From Camelus dromedarius (lineage: Eukaryota), in contig NC_087437.1 in NCBI RefSeq assembly GCF_036321535.1, forward strand, positions 62,746,001 to 62,810,000: a stretch of DNA of 64,000 nucleotides. The letters run 5' to 3'. The notes beneath the pieces were generated by a model. That model did no database searches. It saw only the letters and a program-made list of their open reading frames with translations, and had not been told where the DNA came from. This document shows positions 12,361 to 25,000 of the stretch, piece by piece. Positions within the stretch are counted from its first letter, which is position 1. Each line of letters opens with the position of its first letter. Position numbers and translations under genes: made by a program.

Positions 12361-15300
12361 TTTGAGGACATAATTTACCTCATTCCAATGTCAGATGAGA
12401 ATAAAAAAAAAAATCATCCAGAATCCTTCCATGTAGCAGTTTCTGGTAAACTACCTTCCAGCCTTTTACAAGTTAATAAATCGCTCTCTTTCACACATGT
12501 ATTTACCTTTTGAGGGGTATAATTAAAAATTTTTTATTGTGCTAAAATATATATATCCTAAAATGTACCATTTTAAACACTTAAGTGTACAACAATGTGC
12601 TACTATCACACCACTACATTTACATCTTATACGCTGTTCCTTACTGAGAACGTACAATGTGCTCATCATTTTACTTCCGTTCTCGTGTGACGTTTGCAAC
12701 ACTGCATGTGTGTGGTGCTGTTGTGATGCCCATTTTACCGATGAGGAGAATGTGGCAGGTTGCAGAGCTGGTAAATGACAGAGCCAGTGTTCAGGCAGGT
12801 ATGCATGACTCTAAAATCTATCTATACAGTTTTGAGCCTTATTAGGACAGAGGACCACCGTAGAGATGGGGTGAAAGAATCTTAATGCACCTATTATCCA
12901 CACAAAGATGAATTTAAAAATTTCTAGTTCAAATTTCAAGTTAGGAAAATCTGAACTATTTTTAACCCAATAGAATGGAAACTGCACAGTACTCATTCTC
13001 TTTATTTAGTGGGATAATTTAAGGATCATAAAAATATTTATAGGGCTTTCATGAGCTCATCTGCAGCCTTCATCTCCCAAACCTATTTTCTACCATTAAG
13101 CGCCTCACCTTTCCATTCTACCATCACAAGGTTATGCAGAAACAACTTCTGTGGTTCGGGATGAGCAATACAGTCCAACAGAGGCACCAGGAGCGGCTCT
13201 TGTCAGAGCCTGGTTAGTGACCCCATGCCTCGACTCTGTGGAGAACACACTGTTCAAATCAGAGAGCAAGCCTGACAAATGGGAAAGCAATTTTGACAAT
13301 TTTTTTTCCTTCATGTTTTTTGTGTTTGCCACCCACATGCCACCTGGATCCCAGTCCAGAGCACACCACCCAGAATCACACGTGTGAGTCAATGCCGTCC
13401 ATTTCGTTTATCCTGGTGATGGTTCTGAGAAAGACCTGCTCAAAGAGGACCACCAGGCTCCATCTGAGAGCAGGTGTCCCTAGCTTGGTATGATGTATTA
13501 TTCCAGGAGGTGGGGGAGAGTGGGCTGGGGGCGATTTGTAGATGGAAACAGATTAAAAACACCTTCATTCTCCTCCTTTTACTCTCATCAAGTTCAAAGT
13601 GAAAATGAGGCAACTTTAAAATGAAAGAACCCGACAGACTTGCAGAAGGGAACACTGACTTTCCCTGAGACAGATTCCCAAAGCCAGGACGTACATTTTT
13701 AATATTCATGTTGAGGAACAGAGGGAAGGGATACTACATTTCCAAAACTGGCTGGGTCCATCCCACAGGTCAGACACAGCTGGGCCTGGAGGTGGCTCTC
13801 CTCTGGGGAAGTGGATCCCGGCACAGTGGCATGGCCTATGGGCAGAGGCAGGGACAGGAAGGAGGAAGGGCTGATGGCCATCGCAAGGAGAGTTAAACTT
13901 GCTGTTCCTTGAGCCAACAGGTGGGCCCCTGAGGTGACTCTAACACTCTCACTAGGAGAGGTCCGTGAACCCTAAGGAAGAGCTCAAGAGTTTCAGCACA
14001 AGGGTGCAGGGACATGAATCACGGTCAATCACGGGCTGCCCAGCTACCAGGAGCAGGCAGGTGGAACTCACGGCTCCGTGAGGGCTGTGACGACCAGAAA
14101 CAGCCTCCCCGGGAGAGTCAATTCTATTTTAAGAGACAAACAAGTGTGACTGTGGTTAAAGATAATCAGTCAGATGTTGGCAAAAGTAGACAAACATTTC
14201 TAGGCCCCTGCTATTTAGGGTATAAAAGTCTGTGTGTGTGTTTGCCAGGCGATGCTTATGCTAAGAGCTTTGGCGGCACAGGGTTTATATATGCAAATAA
14301 AAGTAATAGCCCCTCAAGAAAAAGCTGCTTCTGGAACTGCTAATCTACCCCATCTTTTCAGAGACACAAAATGGAACTGTTCCAAATTCCATTATAGTAA
14401 TAAAAAATACAGAACCTGACACAGGGATCTGACCCTCGCTGGGCAGCAGGGTAAGTGGGAGAGAGAGCAGAATACTGAGAAGAAACCAGAACTCAACTCA
14501 TTAACCAGCTGCTCTTGAGAAAATCCCTTAATCTGTCTGAGCCTCAGTCTTCTCAGATGTGAAATGTGTCGACTGACTCCCCAGGGAAGAACAAAGGGGA
14601 TTCTGAAGTACCACGGGGTAAATCATTTCCATCCAGGACCCTACGCCCTTCCCCCTGCTCTTTCCCTTGCCCAGCTTCTTAGATGAATATGCCTAGTGAC
14701 CCTTCAAGTCAGGCCTCCCCTGCACACAACTTCCTCACTCCTCTAGCCGAGCAGGCCATGCGTCCTCTGAGCACATACAACAGAAGAGGCAGAGAGACTT
14801 CAGTTGTCCTTAAACTCACCACGATTTCTCATTAGATCAGGAGGCCTACAGTCAACAGAAAGGATGCCTGCTGGCTGCCTCCCCAGCACCCAATTCTTTC
14901 CTTCCCCTTCATAAGAGCACCCCAGGTTTCCCAGCTTTGCGGAGTGAAACTCTGTCCCAGCTCAATCTCCAGCCCCACCTCCACCCCAGGGGTGGGTCCT
15001 AAAATAGCCGGAATGTTTTATTCCTTGGGCCATTGGGATCGAAAGTCAAGGATGGTCACATGGCCTGACACAGAGAGGCCCAAAGAGAGTCAATTTTGGA
15101 GACTTTTGACTTCCTCCTTCTCACCAAACATGAAGGTATGTGAGTTTCACTATGGGAAAAAGTCATTAACCCTAACCAATAATACATTTATCCAAAATGT
15201 TAAGCCTCTTTGTTTTTGTCTAAAAGTGATAAACATGGTTCCTGAATACAAGAAGCTCTGACTGGTGGCTGATGAGAGAATAGAAATTTCTGAGCCTTAA

Positions 15301-17959
15301 ATGGAAGATCAGATATTTACCAGAGCACAGCAGATAATTATAGTCATTAAAGGAAAACATCCAAGATGATCAACTTCGGACATCAATACAGGGTAACGGC
15401 ACAAACTAAACTAATAAAGAGATATAAAGGTCTTCAGTAGTGACCTGCCGAGGAACTGCTCAGGAACCCAACACACTGGCCTCTGGGTGCAGGGAAGAGA
15501 CCTTTCATCTCTTTAAGAAAAAGTGTCCCCCTAAATTAGCCCTAGTCCTGGCAACCTGTTTTGAACAGGGATCAAAAATTGGGCAAAAGGCCAGCAATTA
15601 GAGGCCTAATCAGTTACAAGTTTGTTTTCCTGGAAAACTGAAAAATAACCAATAATCCTCCATCTCACTGAATGGTCCACCTAAAACTACTGCCCTATAC
15701 GACAGAGAAGTATCTGATAATGAGAAAAAATAGTATTGTTCATAAGCTAGCATTTACTGAGTGCATTCGATGTGCCAGCACGCCAAGACTATACTAGGTG
15801 ATACACACACATTCCCATAAACACCTGGGTTTTCTCAGGTGTGCGGATGGAGACCTTAGCATAAAAAAGCTAAGTAACTAGACTAACGTAACTTAGTAAA
15901 CGCTAATGCCAGGGCGGGGACTCACTCTGAACCTCGCTAATCCATGTTTTTCCCTTAGAGATCTGAGCTACAGAATTGCCCTCAAAACCTTCTCGTCTAC
16001 TTACAGAAAATGACAGATGAGCACAAGAGAGCAAAATGGCCCATGTTTCCTTTGTAGCCAAGTCCCCGTTGTGAGACTAACCTGGGCACTGTCAGACTGT
16101 GCTGGAACCCCAGCTCCGGCAGCTCTGTGATCTGGTTCTCCTCTCAACTGCAACTAGGGCATTGCGGAAAGACACATGCACTCAACGTGCCTCTCCAAAT
16201 CTGTCTCTGTTTGTTAGAGATCAAGCAGAAAAATAAGGCTGTCCGATCTGAGTCATAATCCGATATCACTCTAAAAATGTCACAAATGTATGTACGAATT
16301 TTATGGGGCAGTATGCTAATCATGACTATAAATACACACTGGCGGTATGCTTAAATTATAATGAGTGATATTTTACAAACTAAACCTATTTCAATGCTTT
16401 ACATTTACACATGTTTAGTATAAACAAATGGGCAAGGCTATTCCACCAACAGAATTACAGACACTGCCTCTGGCCTGTCTCAGGGATACGTACACACTGA
16501 TACAGAAAAAGCTGAATCCCAGACATCCAAACAACGGCTTAAATCTATACAATACAGTGTGCAGCTTGTATCCCATAAATGTGGGATTGGTGACTTTTGA
16601 ATAAGAGGCAAGAGTGAACACATAATTGTGGCACTTACCTTGGCAGGAAGTCACAGTAATTACAAATCCAGGTGAGTTACGTCACTGATAATTTATAGTG
16701 GGAGGAAACCGAGAGGGTGGAGAATTTGGCTGACTTTTTCTCCCGGGGACCCAGCCAGGCTAGGATAAACGCCAATAGTCACTTGGGATCACTATACTTC
16801 TCCCCACCCTGAAGTTCCCCAAGGGCTGACCTGGCCTTTGGGGAGCCTTGCCTACCTACTCTTCTAACTCCTACACACACAGGTGTGTGCCTGAGAACCA
16901 AAGAACAGGCCAGCCCTGATTATGCTCTTGCAGCCCTCGCTGGCGTGTGCTACCAGAAGGTCACAGTTAAATTTAGACCTGACCCCCTCACTGGGCAGGA
17001 GCCGGGAAACTGGCTGTTTGAGGAGATCCACAGACACTCTGGGAGAGCTGGCTGACTACACTCCAAATGGAAGCACTATTTGGTGGTCAGGACATAAGTT
17101 AAATTGGGAAGTGGGGTATAATTTCCAAACCAAAGCACAAAGAAACAGGGACTTGAAAATTAGAAAGGCTGAAAAAAACCTCAGAAGGTTACTGAGGTCT
17201 TCTGCTTTCACACAGAATCCAAGCAAATCTCTGTTTTTTAAATCCCTTTGTGGAGTGGGAACTGGGAAAAGTCTCAGGCCACTGAGTACAATAGCCCTCA
17301 TGTTGTAGAGTCAAGGTTACAACGTTGCCGAGTCACCCAGACTCAGCTGAAGCCAGTCACCACCTATGATTGGGGGCGTATCCCTGCAGGAGGCAGCAGC
17401 TGTGGGCGGCAGCGCCTCAGAGCAGAAACTAGAACGTGGCGGGGAGACAAAAATGAGTAATAGTGGATGGGAATGTGGCCCTTTCACCTGGATCCCAGTG
17501 TAAAAATATGTAGGAATATGACAGCTCTCTGGGACTCAGGTCATGCATCAGGAAGAGAGGGCCTCAGCCATGAGCCTTTGTGGACACAGCAGAACTTCCT
17601 CAGGTGCTTGTGGACCAAAGAATGGAGGCCCAGGAGCACTGGAAGCAAGCCAGCTTCAGGCAAGGTACCAGAAACGTGAACTTCATAAAGCTGTCTGGCT
17701 TTATGCTTCTTTTACTCTACTTTCTTGTGTTCTTCCATGATGTGTAAGCAAAACCTTTTGGAAAGACTCTTTAAATGTGGTCTGGAATGCAAACGATACC
17801 CATTTGGGGACCAGGAGAATGGCAGGAACAAGACTTTTGGTACTTATCAGCTCCTCAGACAAGGTCCCTATTGCCCCAGTGTAAATTCTACCTCTTCCCC
17901 ACCCCCTCCAAGAGATAGTCTCATAGCATCCTTTGAGGACACTTATAAAGATCTGCATA

Positions 17960-18000
<41 letters not shown>
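17960..18000. repeat. Compound (TG)n(GA)n microsatellite
   Basis: tgtgtgtgtgtgtgtg followed by a gagaga... run. Confidence 0.95.
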
Positions 18001-19499
18001 TGTGCTGCTACCTCCTCTAAACTGTAAATTTATGAGGGCAATGCCATGTCCATCATTTTGTTCACGGGCTGTGATTTCCAATCATCCCCGAGTCCCAGAG
18101 GAGTCAGAGATGACCAGTCCAGGAGACCTTGGGTAAGGCTCCAGACTACTGCGGCAGCCACAGACCTCCCTGGGTTGTCTGGGAAGGCTTCCTGGGAACC
18201 TGATTAGACTGGAGCACACTGGCTATCCAGGCCTGGCTTCACATCAGGTCTGGAAGGTCAGAGGAAGGTCCCTGTATTGCCTGGCCTTGCTTGGAGACTT
18301 TGGGCCAGTGGGGTCGACCCTGATTTCATCAGGATCAGTAGCACCTAGTCCTCAGCTCTAGTTCTGGGAATCCAGCTATGATTTCAGAGTGGTAAAGTTC
18401 CCCCAGCATCCCTCTAGAGTTTTAGAAACACTGGATGCAGGTGGCCACTGTAGGGCAGATTTACATGGGAGCAAATCTAGAGCAGGGGGCTAGGACATAG
18501 TTTCAGGAACCCGAGAGTGATTTCTGATTCCCTGGGATCCCTGGCCCCTAGATTCCTTCCAAAGAGCTGGATCTCTCGGAAGACTTGATCCAATTCTTCT
18601 ACCCTCCCCATCTGCCCAAACATAAGGGCAGGATTGTTCTACATTTCTCTGTTTTCTCTCTAAAGGTATAAGCAAGTCTTTCCTCTTTTCCCAAGTACTC
18701 TTCACATGGATAAAACTGAGATCTTTATGTTCTGAGATGCTGTAAAATTCTAGTGTTCTATGAAACCATACAAATACGTGCATACAAAGCCTTCTCGAGA
18801 CAAATAGGGAGATGGTTCCAATGGCCTGTAAAGGGCTGCCCTCAGCCAGTCACTCAGTGATGCTTCAGGAGGACAAAGATGGGATGAAAACTGCTGCTCA
18901 GAATGAAACAATCACTCAAATGGCATTCAGCTAAAGGACCAAATGAAACTTGCCCGAGTTCAAGCAGGAGCTGAATGTATCCACTTAGTTGTGTCTCCTC
19001 TGGACCTCAGTCCCCAGTCAGAGCAGCAGGCTCCCCCCGCCCAGCCACACAGCCCTGTTTTATCCCTCAGACCCTGGGGACATGCAGGCCAGCCACGCTT
19101 CTTATGTCATGTGAAGAGGCAGTGCTGGAGTGAAGCCAGTGAGCTGAGGGTTAGAGTTGGGAGTGCGTTGTTACTCTCTTCCTGTTCTCTGTTCTTTTCG
19201 GGGCTTCCCCTCATTATGTTCCTAAAAGCTGGCTAGTCTGAGCTCTGTGAGCAGAACTTGTGATTTCAGCCCCATTTGTTTCCTATATACTGCTCAGAAA
19301 GGAAAATGTATAACTGCTTTTCTTGAAAGTTTCAGCTGAGAAGGCTGTGGGCCTCTTTAAGCATCAGACAACTGCCATCCTCCTGGAATTATGGAGGGGG
19401 CTGCGAGGACGGCCTTCAGATTGGCCCTGGAATGGGGTGAAAGGATACAGAGTTACAAACTTTCTACTCTGGCACATCAATGTATCATGGACTGTAAGT

Positions 19500-19862
19500 T
19501 CCAAAACAGCTTCATCCAAAGGATATATAATGCAAGACACAAATGTGAGCCACGTATATTATATAAAAAATAAAATTATATAATTTAATATAATGTTATA
19601 TCATTTAAAATCTTTTAGTGGTCACAATAAAGTAAAAATGGGTGCAATGAATTTTATTACATTGTATTTCACCTAATATATCCAAAATACGGTAATTTCA
19701 GTATGTAATCAATATAAAGATTATTGATCTACTTTACATTTTTTGTACTAAATCTTTGAAATCTGGTACGTAATTTATATTTACAGTACATATCCATTTG
19801 GACTAGGCTCATTTCAAGTCCTCAATAGCCACACATGGCTAGTGGCTGCAGAATTAGCACAG
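19500..19862. mobile_element. MER33-like hAT-Charlie element
   Basis: TATAATGCAAGACACAAATGTGAGCCAC...CATTTCAAGTCCTCAATAGCCACACATGGCTAGTGGCT...GCACAG. Confidence 0.75.
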
Positions 19863-20384
19863 ATGGAGAAGGCAAGGTCTAACCTTTCCTCTGTGGTGCC
19901 CTGCTTGTCCCTGCTTTGCTCATACTATATACTCAGCCCTTTAAAAACCCCTTTAGGACCCAGAGAGAACCCCACATCTCCTGAGATGTCCTCCTAGATC
20001 ACCCCAGGTCACTGTGATCCTGTCAGCTTCTGCATAATTATTTTAGTTAGAAATCAGGTAGGACCTTCAAGCATTTTTCCTTTATTGTCTTCAGCAACTA
20101 TATTCCTTTGTGGGGGGGGGTGTCATTATTTACCATTTCACACTTACGGGGTAGCTCCCAAGTTAGATTGCAAGATCCTTGGGGGCATGGAAACATCTTA
20201 AATTCTCTATGTTTGCTAGTCTAACACCTGCCACATGGTACTCAAATATTTGGGGATTGATACAAAAAAAAAGTTCAGCTCAATTTCTCATGCTATAAGG
20301 AACTGCTGAAATCATTTGAGTGTGACAGTCGGCACAGTTCCACAGAGACTTCTATATACTCATTAATGCTAATAATAATCCGAC

Positions 20385-20625
20385 ACTTACATAGCACTCA
20401 CCATGTGCCAGTTCTAAGGGATTTACATACGTCAACCAATCTGAGTCTTGTAAAAACCTCGCAACTAGATTCTATCATCATCTCCCTCTTCCAGATGAGG
20501 AAACAGAGGCAAAGAGTTTACGTAACTTGCACAAAGTCACACAGGTAAGTAGCAGAACTGGGATTCAAACTTGCTCTGGCTCCAGAGTCCAAGCACTTAA
20601 TCATCACGATATATTGCCTCTCAGT
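20385..20625 (-). mobile_element. MIR SINE
   Basis: CACTTACATAGCACTCACCATGTGCCAG...CAGATGAGGAAACAGAGGC...TAACTTGCACAAAGTCACACAG...GAACTGGGATTCAAAC. Confidence 0.82.
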
Positions 20626-21969
20626 CCGGAACAACTACAGAATAAATTTTTTACACCCCAGAGATCAGTATGGAGCCTAAGACTCTAATTGCTTTCAGCC
20701 AGGGTATTTCCTTACATAAAAAGAATTAAGTTAATTCAGAAAATGTAAACAGAAGTAAACAATAGGAGAGACATGAAATTCCTGGTCCCAGAGGAGGTTT
20801 CTCATAAATCTCCTTTAAATAAAGAACAGTACACTCTTCCTCTCAAAGGTGTAAAACTGAGGGTAACTGGTAACAACGAAGTCTTGAGATTTGGGATGTC
20901 TTTTAATTCAGAAACTTCAAGGAATTTATCCTAAGGAAAAAGTTACGGGTGTGTGCCAAGACTTAACTGTAAGAATGGTTATTATAATATTGCTAGCAAA
21001 ATTAGAAACAACCCAAAATAGGGAGGGTGAGAATGAAAACAAGCCATATTTACACATGATGAAATGAGAACCTAGTGGTATGCTGATAAACCAGCTCTTC
21101 GCAGAAAGCATGAAACCTTGATTGGTGGTGTCGGGTGACTCCCCCAGTATCAATACTCCTACCTCTGATTGGCTGATCTCAAGCTACCACATCGTCTGCT
21201 CTCAGAATCCTTAATATTTAACAATCCCAACATAAGCCGGGCTGGCCCCAACATATCACTGAATGGATCCATGAAAACATCATGGAAGTTGTTTAGTATG
21301 TGAAAAAAGTTTATAACACTACTGTATCATATTTCCAGAAAAAAAATACACATGGGAAAAATTAAAAGGATATATTCAAAATATTAATACGGCTCTCTCT
21401 AGGTAATGGGATTTTATGTTCATTTATCTGCATTTCCCAATGTTTTCCCAATGTTTATGTATGATTTAGCTAGGCAGAAAAAAAATAATCAAGGCTGTTT
21501 TACCCAATAACAGTAATTTTAAAATGACCTATCTTCAGAGGCATGTCTCAAAAACAGAAAAAGAAGAATCCTGGATCTGCTTGTGAGACAAGGGCACAAT
21601 TAGAAGCCTTAGGAGTGAGGAAACTCCTAGTACCACACAAGCAAGAAAAGGCTGAGGGGGTGGAGCCAGCAGCTGCAGCACCGTGCACACTGGTCTCACA
21701 AGGGAGAGGGGTCAGCTGTACCCCTCCCCTACCTAAATCATACCTCCCAGAAAGCTGAGATGTAGAGAGCAGAGACACGTGAACTCCAGGACAAGAATCT
21801 GTCTGTACAGTCTGATTCTGGAAAGATCTGTATCTTAACCCAGGGCTCTTCCTCATCCCTTCCCACCAAACTTGTAGCCATTACATTAAATCAATACCAA
21901 CAACGGTCAAGTTCAAGTCTTTTCTACAAAGAAACACTCTGCAGCCATTAAAAATATCCTGGAAATGCA

Positions 21970-22009
21970 GGGGTAAACATATAAAAAAGGGGGTAAACAT
22001 ATAAAAAAG
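21970..22009. repeat. Perfect 20-bp tandem duplication
   Basis: GGGGTAAACATATAAAAAAG x2. Confidence 0.95.
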
Positions 22010-25000
22010 AATATATCAAGTTGTTAAGTAGTTGTTCCTAGGTGGTTAGGATGCTACTAAATTTATGTTTTTATGGTCTTTTTGTTTGCAGAACTTTTGA
22101 TTTTTCCTGAAGTGAGCATAGTTAGCTTTAAGAGTCTGAGGAAAACAAACATAAAAGTGAAGGAGTCTTAACTGGGAAGGAAGATGCCACAACCACCCTT
22201 CCTCACCTCAGGGGGCTGCAGGGCTCAGGAAGGATGTAGGTGATTCCTAATTTCTGCCCCTGCCTGGCAAGTGAAAATGAACAGGACGGTCCTCCACCAC
22301 TTCTCAAAGCAGAATCCCTGAGAAGCAGGCAGCTTTAGGTTACAGCCACTTTTGCTGGAGCTAGGGGAAGGGAGGAGGAAGGCGTGGGGACGGTGGAGAG
22401 GAAAGAAGCCAAAAATATGGGGGGGGGGCTTGTTAAAACACAGACTGCTGGGTCCCACCCTAAAGTTTCTGAGTCAATGGGGCCAAGAACCTGCATTTCG
22501 AACACATTCTCTGGAGAAACCACACTTGGAAAAATTCAGCTCTACGTAGAGAGGAAGAGAAGGAGGCACCACACGGGTGAGAGAATGAGATCCAAAATCT
22601 GTGCAGAAGTGAGATGTTCGCAGTTCTTCTTAACAGTGAGGCTTGGTTCCCCTTTGGATGGGGAAAGGTCATATCCCTTCCTCCCTGGGGGCAACAATGG
22701 AGATGCTACTGGCTGGAGGGCAGAAATTGGCAATGTCCTCAGAATCTGTTACACTTCCAGGCACTGGAAGAAAACAAACACATGCCTACAACTAATCCTG
22801 CCCCAAGGAGAGCAGATATATGGGAACAGAGATGTTTTATGAGGTACTGTTTCAACCTAGCAGCAGAAGGGGTTTCCCTTCCTTTTAATTTGCCAGTTTC
22901 CTCACTGTGGTCTCCAGAAAAGCAAGAATGTGAAACGACCTGTTCTGTCACTCTGATCTTTTACCTCTTGGCTGCCTTGCAGGTGTAACCAGGGCTCCCC
23001 TCCTTCCAGGAACTGTAACACAGAAGGTTCTGTCAACCTCAAAGGAGGAACTCCATTAGTCACTGAATAGCCCAAGCGGGGGAGCCAAGCTACCCACATC
23101 TCCCATCTACAAGGAATAAACAAGATACTGGCCAAACCTCAGAGAAATGTCTGGAACCTTGGGGGCTGCTGCGGACAGCAGGTCATGATTTTTATCTAGG
23201 CAAAAACAGCCTGAAGAAGGCCTGCAAAGCTTTGCACATGAATGTGCAACAAAAGTGGGCTGATGTGATCAGAAAAAATGTCTCTCATTAGACTCTTAGA
23301 CAAAGTCAAGAGGCAGGCCAAGAAGTGGTATCTTTTTACATACCCTCTTTTACATGAGGTTCTCAGGAGCTGAACTTCAATATTAACGCAGCCATATTCC
23401 AGTCGTCGTACCTTGTGTTTCCCCTCCAAGAAGACTAACTCGAAGACACTTAGGGTATCTTGCCAGCACCTTCTTTCAAATGATCTTCTACATAACCATA
23501 GTGATTCTAATACTAGAAGTGTTACAGGCTTTTTTATGTTTAATTGGCTTAATAAAAACGGAAGGAAATCCCTATCATACTTCTCGATCACAAGCTTTCT
23601 TTCCCCACACTGACAACTCTACACAATTGAGGCACAGCTGACAATGGTTTGAACCAAGACCATTACATTGCTTAGGAAAGTGATTTACAATATGACAACC
23701 TAGAAGGCCCACAGATATTTAGCTGGGAGTCCCCTGAAGATGGTTCAGTGTCTAGTATTACAGTAACATTAGGAGCTAACCCTTTTAAAGCACTTTATAC
23801 GCCTGGGGCTATGCTAAGCCCTTTATATATGTTATTTTAACTAATCTTCACAAGAGCCCAATGAGGTCAGTGCCATTATGACCCCCATCCATTCTCCCCT
23901 GTATCCAGCGCAGGGCTGGCGGGCAGTCAGCACATAAACATTTGTCAAATGAATTAAAACACTGTGTGTTACATAAAAACCAGTGACGTTCAAAAATGGA
24001 ATGGCAGGAATGTATTACATTGATTCATTTCTACCTGAAAGGGTACACTTCATGAAAAGAGACAAGAGAGAAAGGGGGAAAAGGGACCTTTGGAATTAAA
24101 TTTAACCAGAGGGGTGACCATGAGCAGATATTTACTAAGAACAACGTGTAGAAGCTACCCTGGGAGAGACAGGGATGTGGCTGCGGTCTCTGCCTTCTGT
24201 GGTCCTGGGACAGAACAGGTGCTCAGATCACACCAGGCAGCTCCAGGTCCAGATGGCTCCAGGCAATGCAGTCACCCCCAGAACCACAGGTCAGTCATTC
24301 CACAGTCAATGCCCAAGTTCTGGCTCGGGTCAGCCTCTACCCTTCTCAGTTGGGTCAGCCTTGCCTTTGTCCAAAGTAAGAGAAACCCCAGACCCAGGAA
24401 GACAATCATGGAGCTGAAGAAAGAACACTAGCAAAAGGGCTCTACTTCTGACCCTGCTACTAAGTGGCCAAATCTGTATCCTCCTGTAGAAAATAAGATC
24501 TATTAAGTCATCTCCAAGGTTGCACCCAGCTCTAACTTCCCAGGATATAGCCCCTTCTGCTTGAGAAGCGCCCTCCATTCTCAAGCCCATGCTCTCTCTA
24601 GGGCCTGGAAAAGCCTGGGGTTTGGTCTGAAGGAGAGGGCAGGCCGTGCAGCCACTCACAGTCACTGAAAAGGAGTGGCCCTTCCGCAGCCTGGGGAGCA
24701 TTTGTGAGGCAGAAGAGCGCAGCATCAAGATTCACGGGGAGCACGTGAAGTGGAACACCACAAACACTACGCCCCGGGAGGGCAGCCTGCGACGCTGTCT
24801 GGGCTCGGAACCGAATTCCCCATGTTCACCCCCAACACACACTTTCATTTTGCATAAAAACACAGATATGGAGTTGGAATTCTTATCTTTTTATCTCAGG
24901 TTAGGACTTATCAACCTGTAACACACGGAACCACTGGGGTGACATGCCTACAGTGTGATCAACGATTGTCGGACCCACAGCTGTACCAGAGGAGGGATAT

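Noticed and set aside
22384..22842. 152-aa plus-strand ORF
   Set aside because: Runs through a MER5 fragment (~22430-22535); no coding signature.
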